From the NCBI GenBank assembly GCA_041576165.1, contig JBFGLM010000033.1:1-53289 (forward strand): a stretch of DNA of 53,289 nt, read 5' to 3'. Every line of letters begins with the position of its first letter. The stretch's first letter is position 1. The notes under the pieces are model-generated. The model ran no database searches, was not told the origin of the DNA, and was given only the letters and a program-made list of their open reading frames with translations. This DNA is from Acidimicrobiia bacterium. Its GTDB lineage: Bacteria > Actinomycetota > Acidimicrobiia > Spongiisociales > Spongiisociaceae. This document shows, in pieces, positions 19,810 through 29,699 of this stretch. A program made the position numbers and the translations under genes.

Positions 19810-20904
19810 ATGCCACCCTCGCTGACGCCGCCGGACTATGCCGGTGGTTCCCTGGTCAACCTGATGGCGGAACTCGAGCACCGTCTGACCGGTAGCTCGA
19901 GTTCGCCTCGCCTGCGCGAATCCGAGCGGTCGTCGGTACCCGCCGCCGCGACCTACATCCTGATGGTGATGGACGGTCTGGGTGCCCACCAACTCGACCA
20001 TCCGGCGGCAGGCTCCCTCCCCGAGCATCTCGTTGCCACCATCGACGCTCCGTTTCCTTCGACCACCACCGTCAGCCTGGCCACCATCGCCAGCGGCCAG
20101 CCGCCGCGCGCTCATGGCCTCATCGGGCACATGATGTACATGCCGCAGCACGGGGTGTTCAATGCGCTGAAGTGGATTGGTAGGGACGGCCGACCGATCG
20201 ATCATCCCACGGGCGGGTTCTTGCCTACACCCAACCTCTGGGAGCGCCTGGCGGCGGCCGGCATCGAGCCCATCACCGTTCAGCCTGGCCAGTTCGTCAA
20301 CACGCCGCTGAGCGCAGCCCTGTATCGGGGCTGTAGGTTCGAGCCAGCTTGGTCATACGACGAGATTGTTGCGGCCGCGCTGGACCTGGCCGCAGTGCCG
20401 GGGCGACTGATCCTCGTGTACCTGGGTGACGTTGATTTCGCCGCCCACTTGTTTGGTCAGCACTCCGGGCCCTATGCCGACGCCCTCGGCCGGGTGAACT
20501 CGGTGTGGGAGGCGATCGCGCTGCGCCTCCCTCCTCACGCGGCGCTGATAGGAACCGCCGACCACGGCCACATTGATTACACGCCTGATCAGAAGCATCC
20601 GATCGCCAGTGCTGATCTTCGCGGCATGCACGTGTACGGCGACCCGCGGGCACTGATGCTGCGCGGTGATCGAGCCGAGGAGACCGCGGCCGCTCTCCCC
20701 GGGGCGTGGGTTCCGCTATCTCGAGCGCGTGAGTGGTGGGGGCCTGATCAGGAACACCCCGAGTTCGGGGAGCGGGCGCCAACCGGTCTCATCATGGCCG
20801 ACCCGGGAGTCGTGCTGCTGCCGGGACACATGGACCGCCGCTTGATCGGGTACCACGGCGGGCTCGACCCGGCCGAGCTGCGCATCCCGGTGCTGGTCGC
20901 ATGA
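19810..20904 (+). CDS. Alkaline phosphatase superfamily protein (nucleotide pyrophosphatase/phosphodiesterase type)
   Basis: DGLG, FPSTT nucleophile, DFAAH, TADHG, GYHGG metal-binding motifs. Confidence 0.85.
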   Translation: MPPSLTPPDYAGGSLVNLMAELEHRLTGSSSSPRLRESERSSVPAAATYILMVMDGLGAHQLDHPAAGSLPEHLVATIDAPFPSTTTVSLATIASGQPPRAHGLIGHMMYMPQHGVFNALKWIGRDGRPIDHPTGGFLPTPNLWERLAAAGIEPITVQPGQFVNTPLSAALYRGCRFEPAWSYDEIVAAALDLAAVPGRLILVYLGDVDFAAHLFGQHSGPYADALGRVNSVWEAIALRLPPHAALIGTADHGHIDYTPDQKHPIASADLRGMHVYGDPRALMLRGDRAEETAAALPGAWVPLSRAREWWGPDQEHPEFGERAPTGLIMADPGVVLLPGHMDRRLIGYHGGLDPAELRIPVLVA

Positions 20905-21665
20905 CTCACGACCTGCCCGCGGGCGTATCGGCAGACAAACCGGATCTCGACGTCGCCGAATTGGCTACACGTTTCCGTGCATTCGAGGCGCTGCACGACG
21001 GCGTCGACATCTGCACGCCGTTGTCGGCGGGTGATCTGGACCGGGTGGCGGAGCTGCTGGGCGTCGAGCCGGGCCACCGGGTGCTCGACGTGGCGTGCGG
21101 GCACGGGGCGATGCTGCGCAAGCTGGCGTACAAGTCAGAGTTCGTGACCGGCATCGACCTGTCGCCGTGGGCGGCCCGGCGGGCGGCCGAGGAGCTCGAA
21201 CGCCAGGGAGTGCGCGCATCCGTGATATTGGGTGACGCGGCCCATCTCGCCGAGGATCCGATCTGGGACCGGGTTGTCTGTCTCGGGGCCGGCTGGATCT
21301 TCCACGGGTTCACCGGCACGTGCCGTGCCCTGTCGCGCCGGCTCCGCCCTGGGGGGCGGTTGGCGATCGGTGACCTGCGCCTGCGACCCGGCGCGAACGC
21401 CCCCGGCGGACGAGTACCGGACGCAGCAGAGCAGCGGTTGATCATCGAGTCCCTGGGCGGAAGGGTTCTGGGGGACGTGGTGTCCGGGGACGACGCGTGG
21501 TCGGACTACGGGGCGGCAGTGCTGACGGCGGCCGACCATCACCGCCGCCGCCATCCGGCCGACGCTGCCGCCGATCAGCGGGCGCTCGCCCGCCAATGGG
21601 TGGCGGACGCGGAACGCGACCGAGCCTGGCTCGATTTCGCCGTGGTAGTGGCCGAGTTCGAATGA
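20901..21665 (+). CDS. Class I SAM-dependent methyltransferase
   Basis: VLDVACGHG motif I, GIDLS, LRPGG; ATGA overlap with the upstream gene. Confidence 0.85.
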   Translation: MTHDLPAGVSADKPDLDVAELATRFRAFEALHDGVDICTPLSAGDLDRVAELLGVEPGHRVLDVACGHGAMLRKLAYKSEFVTGIDLSPWAARRAAEELERQGVRASVILGDAAHLAEDPIWDRVVCLGAGWIFHGFTGTCRALSRRLRPGGRLAIGDLRLRPGANAPGGRVPDAAEQRLIIESLGGRVLGDVVSGDDAWSDYGAAVLTAADHHRRRHPADAAADQRALARQWVADAERDRAWLDFAVVVAEFE

Positions 21666-21806
21666 GGCCGGTACGACCGGCCGGAACGTCGGCTTGCCGA
21701 CTATGCGGAGCGGATCAGAGCGGAGTTACTTTCGCGATCTGGGCGCTGCGGGAATAGCGCGAGCACGGGTGGCGATGAAACAGATGTTGGCCGGAAAGGA
21801 GATCAG

Positions 21807-22310
21807 ATGGAACCGCTCGATATTGCGATGCTCGTCCTCCGGGTGAGCGTGGGAGCGGTCGCCATCGCGCACGGCGTGAACCACGGGCGCAACCTGGATG
21901 GCACTGCCGCCTGGTTCGAGAAGGTCGGCTTCAGACAAGCCCGCCTGCAGGCGTCACTGTCCGCTGCTGGAGAAGTCGCAGTGGGATCCCTGCTCGTTCT
22001 CGGGCTGCTCACTCCGATCGGTGCCGCCGGATTTGCCGCGGTGATGGTGGTCGCGTTCTGGTCGATCCACCGCAAGAACGGGTTCTTCATCTTCCGGCCG
22101 GGCGAGGGCTGGGAGTACGTGGCGACCCTGGCCGTCGCGTCGACTGTCGTCGGCATCGCCGGACCCGGCCGCATCTCGGTGGACAACGCGCTCGGCCTGC
22201 TCGATCTGGTCGACGGGTGGACCGGGTTCGTGGTCGTTCTGCTGGGAGTTGCAGCCGCGGCTGGACAGCTCGCCACGTTCTGGCGGGAGCCGAAGAAGAT
22301 CACCTCCTAA
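21807..22310 (+). CDS. DoxX family membrane protein
   Basis: LRV..G...AHG, E...G.LLVLGLLTP, H..NGFF, GWEY, GPGRISVD; AAGGAG SD. Confidence 0.88.
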   Translation: MEPLDIAMLVLRVSVGAVAIAHGVNHGRNLDGTAAWFEKVGFRQARLQASLSAAGEVAVGSLLVLGLLTPIGAAGFAAVMVVAFWSIHRKNGFFIFRPGEGWEYVATLAVASTVVGIAGPGRISVDNALGLLDLVDGWTGFVVVLLGVAAAAGQLATFWREPKKITS

Positions 22311-22505
22311 ATCCGGCTCTGCTCGACGACGCAACGCGTCAAGCATCCAATGCCCGTTCTTTGGCTGTGGCTTCGAAGCTGCGCGCCCCCCGCTGAAGAG
22401 TTCACAAACTCGATAACTCTGTCGCCCGGCCGACATAGTCACGGTGGGGCTTGGCATCCAACGGTTATCGCCGGTGTAGGAGCACAACGAAGGAAGGAGT
22501 CCCAC

Positions 22506-23447
22506 ATGGCGACAACTATTCAGTCGCTGACCCGGCCGGCTCATGGAGCCGACCACCGCGTACGCACCAGGCACAGGTCTGTTGGCCTCATACTCGGGGT
22601 GATCGGCGTGGCCCTGGTACTGATCGCCTTGATTGGCAACGTCAGCGCGAGCGCAACGGAGAGCGAGACGTCGGCGGCCCAAACTCTGGCATGGACGTTC
22701 GGGCTGACAACGCTGGGGTTTGGAACTATCAAGCTCGGGATCGGCGTCGTCCTCATCGGTATTCTCATCAGACTCTGGCTACGGGTGGACAGTGTTGAAG
22801 CCTCTCTGCCGGCGCTGCGTGCCGCCGGCGACGGTCGGGAGCCGTCGCCCGGAACCTCGATCAGCACGGCATTTGGACCGGCGGTGACATCGACCGGGCA
22901 GCCGAAACCACTGACGATCCACCGGATGGCCCGCACAATGTGGGCGCCCATGCTGGCGATGGGAGCAATGGCCGTTTTGATCGGCTTCATTCTCTCCCTT
23001 GTCTGGGCGGCACAGGCCGGCGATGGTGAGTCAACCGTCGCCATCGCTGCGTGGACCCAAGGGCTGCAATTCCTGGGCGAGGGCATGTTGCTTTCGGGCA
23101 TCGCGTTCTTGCTCGGTTCGATCCTCGCCTCGCTGCGAGAAGGTGGAGCTCGCGTGCAGGAATCGCTCGGCATTGTCGTTCAGACGCTGAAGATGTCGCG
23201 CTCGGCAAAGGTCTTCGTCGTGTTGATGATGACCGGCCTCATGGTCTCGGTTGCCCAATTCGTGCTCTATCTGGTCGTCGCGGCGGGAGTTGACAACCCT
23301 GCAGCATGGTTTGCCTGGTTGGGTCCGTTCCGTGAGCTCGGGCTGGGATTGATCCTCGCCGGGATCGTGATGGCGCTGGCGACCATCGGCAACGTGCTGG
23401 GCTTCCAGTTCCATCGCATTCGCGAGATCTGCACAGTCGGCCGTTGA
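22506..23447 (+). CDS. Unknown polytopic membrane protein (paralogue A, about 6 TM)
   Basis: Strong AAGGAG SD; about 6 hydrophobic helices; C-terminal two-thirds aligns by eye with 23475-24098. Confidence 0.75.
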   Translation: MATTIQSLTRPAHGADHRVRTRHRSVGLILGVIGVALVLIALIGNVSASATESETSAAQTLAWTFGLTTLGFGTIKLGIGVVLIGILIRLWLRVDSVEASLPALRAAGDGREPSPGTSISTAFGPAVTSTGQPKPLTIHRMARTMWAPMLAMGAMAVLIGFILSLVWAAQAGDGESTVAIAAWTQGLQFLGEGMLLSGIAFLLGSILASLREGGARVQESLGIVVQTLKMSRSAKVFVVLMMTGLMVSVAQFVLYLVVAAGVDNPAAWFAWLGPFRELGLGLILAGIVMALATIGNVLGFQFHRIREICTVGR

Positions 23448-23474
23448 CCCCACTCGAAGAGATAGGAGTTACCC

Positions 23475-24098
23475 ATGGCAACCGCAACATTTGATGAGTT
23501 CAAGGTCGAAGAGTTCGACCGAGCACCCGGCCTGAACCTCCCGCAGAAGCTCGGCACCCGCCTCTGGCTGCCCATGTGGCTCATGGCGCTCATGGGCTTC
23601 GGCGTCGGGTTCATCCTCGCCATTGTCCGGGCCGACGCCATCGCCACCGGCGCAGCCGACACCACGGTCGTATCGCTCCGGCATGTCCAGGCCGGCTTCA
23701 TGTTCATCGGATTCGCATCCGTGTTCGCAGCCATCAGCTTCGCGATCGCCCGCATCCTCGGACAGTTCCGCACCGGTGGAAGCTCGATACAGGAAGTAAC
23801 GGGCAACAGGGTGCAGGTGCTCGCCATGCCCGTGATGGCGAAGGCTTTCGTCGTTGGGATGATGATGGCAATGATGACCCTCGTGGTCGCAGTCATCGTT
23901 CACTTCGTCGTAGCTGCGAGCGTGGCATCCGGCAGCACATCGCTGACAGCCGGGACAGAGGCATTCGACGTCCTCGAAGGTGTCCGACGGCTGGCAGTGG
24001 CCGTTTACCTGTTCTCTATCGCCCTGGGATTGGGCACGATCATCACCGTGCTCCGTTTCCAAGCGGCCAAAGTTCGCAGCCTGGTGCGCAACGTCTGA
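23475..24098 (+). CDS. Unknown polytopic membrane protein (paralogue B, about 4 TM)
   Basis: AGGAG SD; 4 hydrophobic helices; paralogous to the upstream ORF. Confidence 0.75.
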   Translation: MATATFDEFKVEEFDRAPGLNLPQKLGTRLWLPMWLMALMGFGVGFILAIVRADAIATGAADTTVVSLRHVQAGFMFIGFASVFAAISFAIARILGQFRTGGSSIQEVTGNRVQVLAMPVMAKAFVVGMMMAMMTLVVAVIVHFVVAASVASGSTSLTAGTEAFDVLEGVRRLAVAVYLFSIALGLGTIITVLRFQAAKVRSLVRNV

Positions 24099-24119
24099 AG
24101 CGTCGCCGGGCCTGCACCG

Positions 24120-24144
24120 AGGGGCCGGCGGTCCGCCGGCCCCT
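24120..24144. terminator. Bidirectional terminator-like hairpin
   Basis: Perfect 11-bp stem AGGGGCCGGCG-gtc-CGCCGGCCCCT between convergent genes; no U-tract. Confidence 0.65.
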
Positions 24145-24163
24145 CACCCGCGAGCCGCTCAGC

Positions 24164-25141
24164 TCACGACGGTGGAACCAGGATCACCTTCCCGGTAGTG
24201 GCGCGGCCTTCGAGCGCATTGTGAGCGTCGGCCGCCTGATCGATTGTGAACGTAGCCCCGATCCGGACCTGTACCTCACCGCTCAGAATCCAGTCGAACA
24301 GTTCCGTTGCCCGCCACTCCAGCTCCTCCCGGGTGGCCACATAGTGCGGCAGGGAGGGGCGGGTGAGGAACAGCGATCCGTTGGCAGCGAGAATCAGCGG
24401 GCTGATCTCGGGCGGCGGCCCGGATGCGTTCCCGAACGTAACCATCATTCCCCGGGGGCGCAGCAGGTCGAGCCCGCGCTCGAAGGTGGTCCGTCCGACG
24501 CCGTCGTACACGACGCTCAGCGTGTTGGAGCCGACGAGCGACTCGACGGCCTCGGCAAAATCGGACTGGGCATAGTTGATCACGTGGTCGGCGCCCGCCG
24601 CCTTCGACAGTTCGGCCTTTTCGTCAGACCCCACCGTCGTGATCACAGTGGCGTTCTTCATTTTGGCCATCTGGGTGAGCAGTAGTCCGACCCCGCCGGC
24701 GCCGGCGTGAATGAGACAGCTGTCGCCTTCGGAAAGGGGGAACGTGCTGGTGGTCAGATAGTGAGCGGTCAGGCCCTGGAGCATGGCCGCTGCGGCGGTC
24801 TCGAGTTCAACACCGTCAGGAACTGCCACCAGCTCGGAGGCCCGGACCTTGGCCAGTTCCGCATATGAGCCCGAGAGCACCTGGGAAAAGGCGACTCGAT
24901 CGCCCGCGGCAGGCCACGCGACCTCGTCGCCAACCGCAACCACAATCCCGGCTCCTTCGCTGCCCGGAACGAGCGGCAGCTCCACCGGGTAGAGACCCGT
25001 GCGGTGGTACACGTCGATGAAGTTGAGCCCGGCTGCCGTTACGGCCACCACCGCCTCACCCGGCCCGGGACTCGGGTCGGGGTGGTCGCGGTAATCCAGG
25101 ACTTCGGGTCCACCATGCTTATCTATCACGACTGCGCGCAT
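24164..25141 (-). CDS. qor: NADPH:quinone oxidoreductase (zeta-crystallin/MDR family)
   Basis: GGPEVL, GLNFID, PGSEGAG, QGLTAHYL, HAGAGGVG, VYDGVG, GSLFLTRPSL, TTGKVIL. Confidence 0.92.
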   Translation of the reverse strand: MRAVVIDKHGGPEVLDYRDHPDPSPGPGEAVVAVTAAGLNFIDVYHRTGLYPVELPLVPGSEGAGIVVAVGDEVAWPAAGDRVAFSQVLSGSYAELAKVRASELVAVPDGVELETAAAAMLQGLTAHYLTTSTFPLSEGDSCLIHAGAGGVGLLLTQMAKMKNATVITTVGSDEKAELSKAAGADHVINYAQSDFAEAVESLVGSNTLSVVYDGVGRTTFERGLDLLRPRGMMVTFGNASGPPPEISPLILAANGSLFLTRPSLPHYVATREELEWRATELFDWILSGEVQVRIGATFTIDQAADAHNALEGRATTGKVILVPPS

Positions 25142-25308
25142 GTGCCTCCTCTGTGTCGCCGAAACCATAGAGGGCTTCGAAATGGGCGGGCTCCGTCGCC
25201 GCCGGGCCCGGCGGATTCCCGGCACCGGCGTCGCCGGCCGGACCGCAACGCCGGCGTGGAAGCACCGGCGGTGCCAACATGGCCGTGCGCAGACGATGGG
25301 AGGGAGAC

Positions 25309-25608
25309 ATGATTGTGGTCGCCGGCACGCTGACCTATGACCCGGCCGACGACGCGGGCGTCCGGGCTGCGGTGACGAGCGTCGCTGCCCAGACGAGGCA
25401 GGAAGAGGGCAACATCAGTTACGAGTTCTTTGCCGACCTCGCGGGACCTGGCCGGGTACTCGTCTTCGAAGAGTGGGAATCCGACGCGGCATTGCAGGCG
25501 CACTTCTCGATGCCCCACATGCTGGAGTTCCGCGCCACGTTGAAGGATTTCGACATGCGCAGCCGCGAGATCATCAGGTACGTCGTCACCGAGACTTCGC
25601 AGATCTGA
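25309..25608 (+). CDS. ABM-domain protein (putative quinol monooxygenase)
   Basis: TRQEEGNISYEF, FEEWES..ALQAHF..PH; GGGAG SD; 99 aa. Confidence 0.85.
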   Translation: MIVVAGTLTYDPADDAGVRAAVTSVAAQTRQEEGNISYEFFADLAGPGRVLVFEEWESDAALQAHFSMPHMLEFRATLKDFDMRSREIIRYVVTETSQI

Positions 25609-26869
25609 GCCCGTCAGCAGATCGACGCCGGGCCAGTTCGTGCCACACGAGGCCGACGCCGATGAGGGCGCTCCCCGCCAGGATCACCCCCGGATCAATC
25701 CACAAAGCCACGAACAAACATCCGGCCAGGCCGGCCCTCGCCAGGACAGGGGGGAACCGTCGCTGTTCGGCCGGGAGCCGGAGCGCGGCCAGGTTGGTGA
25801 TCGCGTAGTAGATGAGCACCGTGAATGCGCTGAAGCTCCAGGTCAGGCGGACGTCTCCGATCAGGGTGAGCGCCAGCACCGTGCCGCCCACCAGCATCGT
25901 GGCCGGCACCGGCGCCCGTCCGTCGGCCCGTACCGAAGCGAATATCGAGGGCAGATCGGCGCGCCGGCCCATCGCCAGCACGACTCTCGACAGTCCCAGA
26001 AGCAGGTTGAGGATCACACCGAGCATCGCCACCAGGGCGCCAACCGCCACGGCGGTCGGGAGCACGTCAGGCTGGACGGCGCGGGCCACCGCCTCGAGCG
26101 GGGCGGCGGTCTCCGCCGTGACGACAGCGAGGCGTTGGGCACCCAGCACCCCAACGGCCGCCCCGGCCACGACGACGTACACGATCATTGTCACGACGAG
26201 CGTGGCGATGATCGCCCTCGGGATGGTCTTGCCCGGATCGCGTACCTCTTCGCCCAGCGTCGCCACCCGGCCATATCCGGTGTAGGCCACAAACATCAAA
26301 GCGGTCGCCTCCAACAGGCTTCCACCCCCTGAATCCCACCGCAGGTTGGTCGCGCTGACCTCGGGCCACGCCACAGCCGCCAGGACCAGCAATGCGCCCA
26401 CGGCGACGACCACGATGAAGGTGTTGACCGCGCTCGATCGCCGGATCCCGCTCAGGACGATGCCGGTGAGCAGGACAACTGCGCCGACCGCCAGAGCCGT
26501 CCGGGCACCGATCCCCGCCAGGTCGCCGAGATACCCGGCGAAACCCAGCGCCGCCGTTGCCGCCGACGCCGATTTGGCCGAAACGAACATCCATCCGGCC
26601 GTGAACCCGACTCGGCGATGCACGAACCGGTACCCGTACTCGTACGTGCCTCCGCTGACCGGATGGGCGGCGGCGAGTTGTGCGCTGCTCAAACCGTTGA
26701 GCACGGCCAGCACCGCAGCTAGCATCACTGCGCCGACGACCGCCGACCCGGCGATGGCGGCGCCGATGCCGATGCTGACATACACCCCGGTCCCGACGAT
26801 GGACCCGAGGCCCAGCAGGACCGCCGAGGCAATGCCGAGCTCGCGACGGAGCTCTCCACTGTGTGCCAT
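25586..26869 (-). CDS. APC family amino-acid permease
   Basis: GSIVGTGVY, PVSGGTYEY, FVAYTGY, EEVRDP.KTIPRAI; about 12 TM. Confidence 0.9.
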   Translation of the reverse strand: MAHSGELRRELGIASAVLLGLGSIVGTGVYVSIGIGAAIAGSAVVGAVMLAAVLAVLNGLSSAQLAAAHPVSGGTYEYGYRFVHRRVGFTAGWMFVSAKSASAATAALGFAGYLGDLAGIGARTALAVGAVVLLTGIVLSGIRRSSAVNTFIVVVAVGALLVLAAVAWPEVSATNLRWDSGGGSLLEATALMFVAYTGYGRVATLGEEVRDPGKTIPRAIIATLVVTMIVYVVVAGAAVGVLGAQRLAVVTAETAAPLEAVARAVQPDVLPTAVAVGALVAMLGVILNLLLGLSRVVLAMGRRADLPSIFASVRADGRAPVPATMLVGGTVLALTLIGDVRLTWSFSAFTVLIYYAITNLAALRLPAEQRRFPPVLARAGLAGCLFVALWIDPGVILAGSALIGVGLVWHELARRRSADGLRSAKSR

Positions 26870-26875
26870 GGCCCC

Positions 26876-26881
26876 ACGATA
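26876..26881 (-). promoter_or_regulatory. Candidate -10 box of a leaderless transcript for the APC permease
   Basis: TATCGT 6 nt before the ATG, with no SD. Confidence 0.4.
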
Positions 26882-26962
26882 TCGGTCGGAGCCGGACTGC
26901 CGTCAATGGTCGGATACCCGGTGCTCCCGGAGCGTTGGGGCGGGCAGTAGGTTGGGCAGAAG

Positions 26963-28183
26963 GTGAATGAGCGGCGGTCAACAGTGGATGTACGTCGCCG
27001 TGTCCTAGTTGCGATTGCCGCCAGCCAGCTCCTGGTGCTCACGCTCTGGTTCTCGGCGTCGGCGGTGGCGCCCCAGCTGGAGCAACTGTGGAATCTCTCC
27101 GGGGACGAAACTGCCGGACTCACCCTCGCCGTGCAAATCGGCTTTGTGGTGGGTGCGCTGCTGTCGTCTATCACCGGGCTGGCCGACGCGATCCCCAGTC
27201 GCCGCCTCTTTGCGCTCGGGACGGCGCTGGGAGTCACCGCCAACACGGCTTTGGTGGGGCTGGATGGGGATGACGTAGGGCTGGCTTTGCTCTTGCGATT
27301 CTCGACGGGGGTGGCATTGGCTGCCGTCTATCCGGCGGGGCTCAAGGTCATGAGCGGCTGGTTCACTGCGGGCCGGGGGATGGCGCTGGGCGTTCTGGTG
27401 GGTGCCCTCACCGTTGGTTCGGCGGCTCCCCATCTCGTGCGTGGATTCGGATTCGAATGGCAGGGGGTCGTCCTGGCCGCTTCGGCGCTAGCCGTGCTCG
27501 GCGGCCTCGTCATGGGCCTGATGGTCGAAGATGGGCCGCACGAGGTCAGCTCGGGGCGCTTCTCGTTCCGCCAGGTTGGGCAGGTCGTCCGCAATCGCGG
27601 TGTGCGCCTCGCCACCTACGGATACCTCGGCCATATGTGGGAGCTGTACGCGATGTGGACATGGACTGCATCCTTCTTCGCCGCATCTGCTCTGGCGGGA
27701 GAGCAGGACGGATCGTGGGTGCCGACCGCAACGTTCCTCGTGATCGCTTCTGGTGGTATCGGATCGTGGGTGGCCGGCCGCTGGTCCGACGCCTACGGCC
27801 GAACCCTCGTTGCCGGCGCATCGATGGTTGTGTCGGGATCGGTTGCCGTGCTCAGTCCGGCCCTGTTCGGCGCCAGCCCGTGGTTGCTGGTGCCCGTGTT
27901 CGTGATCTGGGGTGTTGCAGTGGTGGCCGACTCGGCCCAGTTCTCCACCATGGTGACGGAAACGGCATTGTCGGAGGTCCGCGGCACGGCCCTGACCCTG
28001 CAGACAGCGGCGGGTTTTCTGCTCACCTTGGTGACGATCCGCGCCGTGCCGTTGATTGCGGAAGCGGCCACGTGGCGGTGGGCCTTTCCGATCCTCGCCA
28101 TCGGCCCGGCGCTGGGCGTGGTGGCGATGGTCCGCCTCCGACGTTCGCCCGAAGCCCGGCTGCTGGCGGGAGGTCGGGGCTGA
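26963..28183 (+). CDS. MFS transporter
   Basis: About 12 TM; GRWSDAYGR motif-A-like loop; GYLGHMWELYAMW, ADSAQFS. Confidence 0.9.
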   Translation: MNERRSTVDVRRRVLVAIAASQLLVLTLWFSASAVAPQLEQLWNLSGDETAGLTLAVQIGFVVGALLSSITGLADAIPSRRLFALGTALGVTANTALVGLDGDDVGLALLLRFSTGVALAAVYPAGLKVMSGWFTAGRGMALGVLVGALTVGSAAPHLVRGFGFEWQGVVLAASALAVLGGLVMGLMVEDGPHEVSSGRFSFRQVGQVVRNRGVRLATYGYLGHMWELYAMWTWTASFFAASALAGEQDGSWVPTATFLVIASGGIGSWVAGRWSDAYGRTLVAGASMVVSGSVAVLSPALFGASPWLLVPVFVIWGVAVVADSAQFSTMVTETALSEVRGTALTLQTAAGFLLTLVTIRAVPLIAEAATWRWAFPILAIGPALGVVAMVRLRRSPEARLLAGGRG

Positions 28184-29692
28184 TCAATCCGGCGGGCGGC
28201 GCCGTCGATGGTCGGCAGATGCACGATCATTGCGTTCAGCCGTGCGCTCCTCCTCAGCCGGGTCGGAGCCGGGCGTGCCGGCGTCGTCGGCGGTCTCGAC
28301 GTCGGGGGCGGAGCCGGTGGTCGATGCATCTTGGTCATTGCGATCGTCGGCGACCAGGCGCGGGAACAGGGCACCATCGCCGTCTTCGGTCCCGAGAGGG
28401 CCGTCTTCGCCATCGAGCCCGTCGGCGCTCAGTCCCATGGGCCGATCGGCGATCGGCTGCCCCGTCGTCCACCGCAAGCTCCCGCGCGCGCGAACTGCGC
28501 CCCGAGCCAGCGCCCCGAGGCCGAGGATCGTCACGAGGGCGGCGACGGGTATACCGATGTACGGGATCAGAAGCAGCGCCAGGTACAACACGATGCCGAA
28601 CAGGTAGCCGGCGAAGGCGCTGCGGTGGCTGCCGAGGATGCGGCGGCCAACGGCGATCGCAATCGGGACGGGGGCCAGGACCAAGCCCATGAAGAGCAAG
28701 AGGAGCAGCCCGAGGCAGACCGGAGCTCCAATGGCCAAGATGGATAGGGTGAGGTCGGGCGGCGACAGCATCGCCAGCGCGATGATTGCGGTGGTCAGGA
28801 AAAGGGGAAGGAACAACGAGGCGAATCCGACGACGAGCGATCGGGCCCACCGACGGACCACCGCTTCGGATGCTTCGCGGATCGTCCCCGGCATCAGCCA
28901 GATCATCAACATGCCGATCCACACAAAGGCCAGGACCGCCAGCAGCAGACCGACGAAGCGGGCTGCGCTGATCCTGACGTTGGGCACTGTCACCGCCCGG
29001 CGGGTGACGGTCCCGCCGATGGACGCATCGGAGTCGATTGATGCTTCCCGGCGAGATTGATAGATCACGTCCTGTCCGATGGACGCGCCGGCGCCGATCT
29101 CGAGAGCGCCGACCGTCATCTGCATGTCCCGGCCGACACTCCCGTCCACCCTGGTCCGATTGAGGGTTTGGCCTTCGATGTCACGCTCGACCTGGCCGTT
29201 CAGGGTGAGGCTGCCGGCCCAGGCCAGCACGTCGCGACCGACGGTCCCGGAGGCGGACACATCCCACGCGATTGCGAACAGATCACGGGCGGCCGCGCCG
29301 GTCATCTCCAGGTTGAACCCCACCAGCCGGATCGATCCTTCCACCGAACCGCTGATCGACGCCGATGACGCGAACCCGATCACGTCTCCTTCAACGGTGC
29401 CCGACACGTCCAATCGGTCAAACGCCCAAACGATGAGATCACCTTCGATGGTCCCTTCGATGGTGATCGTGTTGGCACCGGCGTAGAGATCCTCGTCCAC
29501 GACCTCGTTCTCGCGGACCAGAACCACGTCGGCCGCCGCCCGTGCCGCCAGGTCCTCCTGGGCTGTCGCCGGAACGGCCGGGCCCATCATCAGAAGGAAG
29601 AGCCAGGTCCCCACCAGGAGACCCGAGCGGCCCGGTACCAAGCGCCATGCGGGCCGGGTACCCGATCGCCCGGGCAGCCGTCCGGTCAACAC
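28184..29692 (-). CDS. Exported beta-helical (bactofilin-like repeat) protein with C-terminal multi-TM domain
   Basis: Signal-like segment ending PATA|QED; 7 G(T/S)(I/V)xxD(L/V/I)-like repeats; about 5 TM; acidic tail; start uncertain. Confidence 0.7.
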   Translation of the reverse strand: MLTGRLPGRSGTRPAWRLVPGRSGLLVGTWLFLLMMGPAVPATAQEDLAARAAADVVLVRENEVVDEDLYAGANTITIEGTIEGDLIVWAFDRLDVSGTVEGDVIGFASSASISGSVEGSIRLVGFNLEMTGAAARDLFAIAWDVSASGTVGRDVLAWAGSLTLNGQVERDIEGQTLNRTRVDGSVGRDMQMTVGALEIGAGASIGQDVIYQSRREASIDSDASIGGTVTRRAVTVPNVRISAARFVGLLLAVLAFVWIGMLMIWLMPGTIREASEAVVRRWARSLVVGFASLFLPLFLTTAIIALAMLSPPDLTLSILAIGAPVCLGLLLLLFMGLVLAPVPIAIAVGRRILGSHRSAFAGYLFGIVLYLALLLIPYIGIPVAALVTILGLGALARGAVRARGSLRWTTGQPIADRPMGLSADGLDGEDGPLGTEDGDGALFPRLVADDRNDQDASTTGSAPDVETADDAGTPGSDPAEEERTAERNDRASADHRRRRPPD

Positions 29693-29699
29693 TCGGCGA

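Noticed and set aside
22390-22407. Full Rex operator
   Set aside because: Only the right half-site (TTCACAA) matches; the left half and spacing do not
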